Assembly: GCA_965214935.1 (NCBI GenBank)
Contig: CBDCCS010000022.1
Coordinates: forward strand, 544,001 to 608,000
Reading direction: 5' to 3'
Length of the DNA: 64,000 nucleotides
Source: Candidatus Velthaea sp.
GTDB taxonomy: Bacteria; Vulcanimicrobiota; Vulcanimicrobiia; Vulcanimicrobiales; Vulcanimicrobiaceae
The notes below the pieces were generated by a model. That model had not been told where the DNA came from. It was given only the letters and a program-made list of their open reading frames with translations, and did not search any database. Position 1 is the stretch's first letter; every line of letters starts with the position of its first letter. Positions 58,308-64,000 of this stretch are shown here, in pieces. Both the position numbers and the translations under genes were made by a program.

Positions 58308-59606
58308 GTGCCGTCAATTCGTTCCCGTCGCGACTTTGTTACTGCTGCGGCCGCCGGCGCGGGTGGTGCCGTACTCGCTGCTGGTTTGCCGGGTTCTTGG
58401 CGGCCGGCTGACGCGGCCGATACGCTCAAAGTCGGTTTCGTCAGTCCACGCACCGGGCCGCTCGGCGGGTTCGGCGAGTGCGATCCGTACGTCGTCGGGC
58501 TCGCGCGCAAGTCGTTGGCGAGAGGCTTCCAAAGCGGCGGCCGGACGTATGCCGTCGAGATCTTCGATCGCGATACACAGTCCGATCCGGCACGCGCCGG
58601 GCAAATCGCCAAAGAGCTCATCAACAGCAACGGCATCGACTTGATGCTCGTCACATCAACGCCCGAAGTGGTTAATCCGGTCTCCGATGCATGTGAAGCA
58701 GCGGGCGTCCCGTGCCTGTCGACAGTCATGCCGTGGGAGGCGTGGTACTTCGGGCGAGGCGCGAAACCCGGTGCACCGTCGCCCTTCAAATGGACGTATC
58801 ACTTTAGCTTCGGCGTTAAAAGCTTTCTCGATTGTTATGTTTCGCAGTGGAGCCACATTCAGACCAATAAAAAGGTCGGAGTGCTCTACCCGAATGACGC
58901 CGACGGCAATGCAATTCGCGAACATCTCATTCCCGCTCTGCAAAAGGCCGGATTTACCATTGTCGATCCGGGCGGCTACGAAGACGGCACAACCGATTTC
59001 TCCGCGCAGATCGCCAAGTACAAATCCGAGCAGTGCGAGATTTTCAACAGCTTCCCGTTACCGCCAGATTTTGCGACGTTCTGGCGCCAAGCCGCGCAAC
59101 AAGGTTACACCCGTACGGTCAAGATCGCGCAATTAGCGAAGACCGGACTATTTCCATCGAATATCGAGGCCTTAGGTTCGCTCGGCGACAAACTTGCGTC
59201 GGCCGTCTATTGGCATCGCGACTTTCCATATAAATCGTCGCTTACGGGAATATCATCGAACGCATTGGCCGACGATTATGAGAAGACGACCGGCAAGCAG
59301 TGGAATCAGCAAGTCGGTGCATCGCTTTCACTCTTCGACGCCGGTTTCGATGCGCTCAAGAAAAGTAACGCACCGAAAACCAAAGCGGCGGTGGCGAAAG
59401 CATTAAGCCGGCTCAAGACCACGACGATCGTCGGAGTCGTCGACTTCACCACGGGTCCGGTACCGAATGTCGCAACGAGCAGTGAAATCGGCTCGCAGTG
59501 GGTGAAGTCGAAAGCCGGCAGCAAATACCCATTCGATCTTGTGCTCACCGAGCATGCCAACGATACGCGAGTGCCGATCTCCGCTAAGTTGCTGCCGTAC
59601 AGCTAA
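58308..59606 (+). CDS. Tat-exported Liv-type (Peripla_BP_6) ABC substrate-binding protein
   Basis: SRRDFV twin-arginine; LKVGFVSPRTGPLGGFG; DTQSDP; GGAGG SD before GTG 58308. Confidence 0.9.
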   Translation: MPSIRSRRDFVTAAAAGAGGAVLAAGLPGSWRPADAADTLKVGFVSPRTGPLGGFGECDPYVVGLARKSLARGFQSGGRTYAVEIFDRDTQSDPARAGQIAKELINSNGIDLMLVTSTPEVVNPVSDACEAAGVPCLSTVMPWEAWYFGRGAKPGAPSPFKWTYHFSFGVKSFLDCYVSQWSHIQTNKKVGVLYPNDADGNAIREHLIPALQKAGFTIVDPGGYEDGTTDFSAQIAKYKSEQCEIFNSFPLPPDFATFWRQAAQQGYTRTVKIAQLAKTGLFPSNIEALGSLGDKLASAVYWHRDFPYKSSLTGISSNALADDYEKTTGKQWNQQVGASLSLFDAGFDALKKSNAPKTKAAVAKALSRLKTTTIVGVVDFTTGPVPNVATSSEIGSQWVKSKAGSKYPFDLVLTEHANDTRVPISAKLLPYS

Positions 59607-59621
59607 CTCGCGCGACGCAAC

Positions 59622-60371
59622 ATGACTGACGCAGCGCCGGCCGCCGGCCGCACGATCCTCGAGGCGACCGGGATCGTTAAACGCTTTGGTGCGTTTACGG
59701 CGGTTGCCGGCGTTGATTTCCACTTGGACCGTGACGAAGCCGTCGGCATCGTCGGACCGAATGGTGCCGGAAAGACGACGCTGCTCAACGTGCTTGCCGG
59801 TGCTTATCCGCCGACGGCCGGGTCGGTCCGGCTTGACGGTACGGACGTTTCGCGGCTCGATGCCGCGTCGCGCTGCCGCTTAGGCGTAGCGCGGTCGCAC
59901 CAAGTCCCGCGGCCGTTCAGCGACATGACGGTTTTCGAGAATGTCTTCGTCGCTGCATCGGCCGGCGGCGGACGCGGCGGCGCGCGCGCGTACGATACGG
60001 TGATCGAGTCGTTGCAACTATGCGGCTTGCTGCCGATTGCAAATCGCCAAGCAGCGACCCTCGGTTTGCTCGACCGCAAGCGGCTCGAGTTAGCCCGGGC
60101 GCTGGGGACAGGGCCGCAGGTCTTACTGCTCGATGAAATCGGAGCCGGATTGACCGATTCCGAAGCAAGCGAACTCGTCGCGATCATCCGCGAATTACGA
60201 GCGCGTAGCATCGCCATCGTATGGATCGAACACATCCTTCACGTGTTGCTGCAAGTCGTCGAACGGCTCGTGTGTATGGATGCCGGCGCCGTTATCGCGC
60301 AGGGTGCGCCGGACGTTGCACTCGCGCATCCGGCGGTCATCGAAGCGTACCTCGGCAGCGGTGTTGCATGA
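59622..60371 (+). CDS. LivG-like ABC ATP-binding protein
   Basis: GPNGAGKTT, RSHQVPRPF, LLLDEIGAGL, IEH. Confidence 0.93.
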   Translation: MTDAAPAAGRTILEATGIVKRFGAFTAVAGVDFHLDRDEAVGIVGPNGAGKTTLLNVLAGAYPPTAGSVRLDGTDVSRLDAASRCRLGVARSHQVPRPFSDMTVFENVFVAASAGGGRGGARAYDTVIESLQLCGLLPIANRQAATLGLLDRKRLELARALGTGPQVLLLDEIGAGLTDSEASELVAIIRELRARSIAIVWIEHILHVLLQVVERLVCMDAGAVIAQGAPDVALAHPAVIEAYLGSGVA

Positions 60372-61093
60372 GTTTGCTCGAGGTCGACGGACTCGATGCG
60401 CGGCACGGCTTGCTCGTCGCGGTTCGCGGCGTGACGATGCATGTTGCCGAACGCGAGATCGTTGCACTAGTCGGTGCCAACGGTGCCGGCAAAACCACGC
60501 TGCTGCGTACGATTGCCGGGGCGCACCAGCCGTTTGCCGGCCGCATCGTGCTCGACGGCGTCGACATCACGCCGGAACGAGCGCATCGGCGCACGCGCCT
60601 GGGCATCGCCTTGGTTCCGGAAGGCCGGCGCTTGTTCGGCAATATGACCGTCGACGAGAATCTGCGCGTTGCGGGGCGTACCGGACGCGCCGGTCAGTGG
60701 AATCGCGACACGGTCATCGAAGCGTTCCCAATGCTCAAACCGCATCTCAACCGGCGCAGCGGCGACTTATCCGGCGGTCAGCAGCAAGCAACGGCAATCG
60801 GCCGTGCACTCATGACGAATCCCCGCGTTTTGTTGTTAGACGAGGTTTCGCTCGGGCTGTCACCGTTAGCGGTCAATATCGTCTACGAATCGCTGCAAGC
60901 GGTCATTACCGGCGGCGCGACGATCGTGCTCGTCGAGCAAGACCTTAGCCGTGCGTTGCGCATCTCGACGCGCGTTGCGTGCATGCTCGAAGGTAGGATC
61001 GTGCTCGACGGCCGCACATCCGATTTTAGCAAGGAGCAGATAACGGAAGCATATTTTGGTTTGCGGCGCGCCGCAGCGCAAGGTGCGCAATGA
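60368..61093 (+). CDS. LivF-like ABC ATP-binding protein
   Basis: GANGAGKTT, VPEGRRLF, LSGGQQQ, LLDEVSLGL, VEQ; ATG overlaps the upstream stop. Confidence 0.93.
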   Translation: MSLLEVDGLDARHGLLVAVRGVTMHVAEREIVALVGANGAGKTTLLRTIAGAHQPFAGRIVLDGVDITPERAHRRTRLGIALVPEGRRLFGNMTVDENLRVAGRTGRAGQWNRDTVIEAFPMLKPHLNRRSGDLSGGQQQATAIGRALMTNPRVLLLDEVSLGLSPLAVNIVYESLQAVITGGATIVLVEQDLSRALRISTRVACMLEGRIVLDGRTSDFSKEQITEAYFGLRRAAAQGAQ

Positions 61094-61106
61094 AGCCGCT
61101 GCTGCC

Positions 61107-62009
61107 ATGATGTGGATCGACCAGATCATCCAAGGTGTTTTGCTGGGCGGATATTACGCCCTTATCGCCTGCGGCTTGTCATTCATGTACGGCGTTATGC
61201 GCGTTATCAACCTCGCGCACGGCAGTTTAGCGGTGCTGGCCGGTTATCTCGTATTTTCGCTCGCCGATCAATTGAAGATGTCGCCGTTTCTGGCACTGAT
61301 TGCGGTCGTGCCGGTGATGGGGCTCGCCGGCTGGGTGTTGCAGCGCACCGTGCTCGAACGCAGCTTGCGATCCGGCACGTTGACGCCGCTGCTGAGCACG
61401 TTCGGCATCGCCGTCGTGATCGACAATTTGCTCTTTGAGCGTTTTGGCGCCGATACGCGCTCGCTCGCGCCGAATATCGGTGACCTTGCTTTTACAAGCT
61501 GGAACGTACCGGGCGGCATCACGATCGGACAGCTTGCATTGTTGACGTTGATCGTTGCGGTCGCGTTGCTCGGCGGATTGCAATTGTTTCTTAGCCGGAC
61601 GCCGCTGGGACGTGCCATCCGGGCAACGTCCGAAGATCCGGACACCGCCGAACTCGTCGGCATCGATTCGCGGACCGTATATGCGGCCGCCGCGGCGATT
61701 GCGTTAGCTTCCGTTGCTGTCGCCGGTACGTTTCTCGGTCTTCGCGCGACGTTCGATCCATATAGCGGCGCGACACAATTGATCTTCGCTTTTGAGGCGG
61801 TCGTAATCGGCGGCGCGGGCTCGCTGTGGGGAACGCTAGCCGGCGGAATCGCGCTGGGCGTCGCTCAGAACATCGGTTCGCAAATTTATCCGCAAGGCTT
61901 CCTCCTTGCCGGGCACGCATTGTTTTTCGCCGTTCTCGCCGTGCGCTTTTTAAGTGCCGGCCGTAACCCGCTTGCGTTTTTTAAGAGCGCGCGGAGCACC
62001 CCGGCATGA
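61107..62009 (+). CDS. LivH-like ABC permease
   Basis: YALIACGLS..YGVMRVINLAHG, GRAIRATSED...AELVGI, VVIGG.GS. Confidence 0.92.
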   Translation: MMWIDQIIQGVLLGGYYALIACGLSFMYGVMRVINLAHGSLAVLAGYLVFSLADQLKMSPFLALIAVVPVMGLAGWVLQRTVLERSLRSGTLTPLLSTFGIAVVIDNLLFERFGADTRSLAPNIGDLAFTSWNVPGGITIGQLALLTLIVAVALLGGLQLFLSRTPLGRAIRATSEDPDTAELVGIDSRTVYAAAAAIALASVAVAGTFLGLRATFDPYSGATQLIFAFEAVVIGGAGSLWGTLAGGIALGVAQNIGSQIYPQGFLLAGHALFFAVLAVRFLSAGRNPLAFFKSARSTPA

Positions 62010-63034
62010 GCGCGGTTGCCGAAGCGCGGCCGCTATCGGTACGCCGTTGGAACCCGGTATCGATCGCGGCCACGGCCGGCTTGGCCGGAATCGTTGCCGT
62101 TCTCGCCTTCGGTCCGTTGTTTCTCGGTGCATACCTCACCGATCGCATCACAACGTTGTTTATCTACATTATTTTAGCTGCAATGTGGAACGCACTGGCC
62201 GGTTACGCCGGGTTGGTGTCGGTTGGACAACAGGCCTTTTTCGGTTTGGGTGCATATGCGGCAATCCGGCTATCGCACGCCGGTGTCGACGTGTATCCGG
62301 CCTTGGCTCTCGCGCCGTTGATCGTCGGTCTGCTCGCATTTGTGCTTTCACCCTTAGCTCTGCGCTTGCGCGGTGGTGAATTTGCCATCGGTATGTGGGT
62401 GTTCAGCGAGATCGCGCATTTACTCGTGAATCTCGACGGTGTCGTACAGGGTGAGACCGGGACATCGCTCATCGCGCTGTCGGCGTTCAGCGCCGATGCT
62501 CGCCGCGCTGACAATTACTGGCTGGCCCTGGCAATCATGACCGTCGTGGTGGCACTTGTGTTTTTCTTGCTGCGCAGCCGCATGGGCGCTTCGATCCAAG
62601 CGATTCGCGACAACGAAGAAGCTGCAGCATCGGTCGGCGTGCGCGTGATGGCGACCAAACGCATTATCTTCGTGCTTGCCGCCGTCGGCTGCGCGGCAGC
62701 CGGTGCCCTCACGCTTTCGACCCTCATCAGCTTCCAGCCAAAGACATACTTTAGCGTGCAGTGGACGGCATATATGGTGTTCATGACGCTTGTCGGTGGC
62801 TTAGGAACGTTCGAGGGACCGATTCTCGGCGCGCTCATCTTCTTTGCGATCGAGACGCTCTTCGGCGGCAGCGGCGTCTGGTATCTCGTTGCGCTCGGTG
62901 CAGCCGCGCTACTCTTTTCGCTGTTCTTGCCGCGCGGTATCTGGGGGACGCTCAGCGCGCGTACGGGGCTGCAACTCATGCCGGTGGGGTATCGGCTGCT
63001 GTCCGGCGCGCGCAGCGCCGCAAAGGCGAAGTAA
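62006..63034 (+). CDS. LivM-like ABC permease
   Basis: WNALAGYAGLVSVGQ, AIRDNEEAA, VGGLGTFEGP, PRGIWG. Confidence 0.92.
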   Translation: MSAVAEARPLSVRRWNPVSIAATAGLAGIVAVLAFGPLFLGAYLTDRITTLFIYIILAAMWNALAGYAGLVSVGQQAFFGLGAYAAIRLSHAGVDVYPALALAPLIVGLLAFVLSPLALRLRGGEFAIGMWVFSEIAHLLVNLDGVVQGETGTSLIALSAFSADARRADNYWLALAIMTVVVALVFFLLRSRMGASIQAIRDNEEAAASVGVRVMATKRIIFVLAAVGCAAAGALTLSTLISFQPKTYFSVQWTAYMVFMTLVGGLGTFEGPILGALIFFAIETLFGGSGVWYLVALGAAALLFSLFLPRGIWGTLSARTGLQLMPVGYRLLSGARSAAKAK

Positions 63035-63035
63035 C

Positions 63036-64000
63036 ATGCAAATTCAAGCCGCCGTTACCCGCGCCGTTCAGGCGCCGATGTCGATGGAAACGCTCGAGCT
63101 CGAAGAACCGCGCGCGAACGAGATTCTCGTGCGCGTTATCGCGACGGGCGTCTGCCATACCGACATTGCGATGCGCGATCAGACCTTTCCGGTTCCGCAG
63201 CCGATCGTGCTCGGGCACGAGGGCGCGGGGATCGTCGAGCGCGTTGGAAACGCGGTCGGCTCGGTCGCGCCCGGCGACCCCGTCGTCATGAGCTACAACT
63301 CGTGCGGTACGTGTCCCAGCTGCAGCGAACACGCGGCGACGTATTGTTACGATTTCTTCGGCCGTAACTTTGCCGGCGTTCGGCCCGACGGCTCGACGTC
63401 GCTATCGGGACCCGGCGCAATTCACGGCAATTTTTTCGGCCAATCGTCGTTCGCAAGTTTTGCGCTTTGTCACGAACGTAACGTCGTGAAAGTACCGCAC
63501 GACGTCCCGCTCGATTTGCTCGGTCCGCTCGCCTGCGGCTTTCAAACCGGTGCGGGGGCCGTCTTTAACGCTTTACATGTCAGCGCGGGACGGTCGTTTG
63601 GGGTCTTCGGCGCCGGGTCGGTCGGGCTGAGCGCCGTAATGGCCGCACGAGTCGCCGGTGCAGCGATGATCATTGCCGTCGATCTAAACGAAGAACGGCT
63701 GTCACTCGCGCGTGAATTCGGCGCCACGCATACATTCAATCCGCAAAACGGCAGTCCGGTCGATGCAGTTCTTGCCGCGACCGGCGCGGGTCTCAATTTC
63801 GCACTCGATACGACCGGCGTCCCGGCGGTTATTCGGCAAGCGATGGATGCACTCGCGCCGCGCGGCATTTGCGGGATCGTCGGCGCCGGCGCGGCCGGAA
63901 GCGAAGTGCGCCTCGACATGCTCAACGTCATGACGGCGGGTCGTACGCTACGCGGCATCGTTGAAGGCGATGCCGTACCGCAAACGTTCATTCCGAAGCT
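63036..64000 (+). CDS. Zinc-dependent aryl/benzyl-alcohol dehydrogenase (XylB-like), runs off the right edge; absent from the ORF track
   Basis: Hand translation: MQIQAAV...GVCHTD, LGHEGAG, SCGTCPSC...YC, FFGQSSFA, LGPLACGFQTGAGAV, GAGSVG. Confidence 0.92.
   Translation, partial: MQIQAAVTRAVQAPMSMETLELEEPRANEILVRVIATGVCHTDIAMRDQTFPVPQPIVLGHEGAGIVERVGNAVGSVAPGDPVVMSYNSCGTCPSCSEHAATYCYDFFGRNFAGVRPDGSTSLSGPGAIHGNFFGQSSFASFALCHERNVVKVPHDVPLDLLGPLACGFQTGAGAVFNALHVSAGRSFGVFGAGSVGLSAVMAARVAGAAMIIAVDLNEERLSLAREFGATHTFNPQNGSPVDAVLAATGAGLNFALDTTGVPAVIRQAMDALAPRGICGIVGAGAAGSEVRLDMLNVMTAGRTLRGIVEGDAVPQTFIPK

Noticed and set aside
1..64000. tRNA, rRNA, IS elements, integrons
   Set aside because: No cloverleaf/T-loop signature, rRNA-like tract, transposase/integrase ORF or attC pattern seen by eye; tRNAscan, Infernal and ISEScan runs would be needed to exclude them formally.

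Overview
A 64-kb, GC-rich, gene-dense stretch of bacterial chromosome. Gene content (secreted S53 sedolisin, MASE4-PAS-GAF-PP2C-HATPase sensor, MptA/FolE2-type cyclohydrolase, many sugar ABC systems) loosely suggests Ca. Eremiobacterota or a similar soil lineage; this is inference only. I saw no rRNA, tRNA, CRISPR array, integrase or transposase. Main blocks: (i) a rhamnose-type catabolic locus (RhaS/LsrB-type ABC transporter, FucA-like aldolase, RhaD-SDR fusion, RhaB kinase, polyol-type SDR) with no isomerase; (ii) a folP plus folK-folE2/mptA pterin operon; (iii) a liv-like/FAH/cNMP-TrxB-like/ilvE operon; (iv) larB-larC-larE nickel-pincer cofactor genes without larA; (v) two more sugar ABC operons; (vi) pyc; (vii) a GntR/Liv-type ABC/aryl-alcohol dehydrogenase locus. 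The most unusual signals are a GH19-like protein that appears to have lost its catalytic acids and carries a KfrB-like C-terminal module; a DHPS with a rewired pABA loop next to a FolK-cyclohydrolase fusion; a degenerate 3-unit ~60-bp tandem array abutting an orphan small ORF; a candidate structured RNA with its own terminator near 56.1 kb; and a hidden Uma2 pseudogene. All family calls come from reading motifs by eye; no database search was run.
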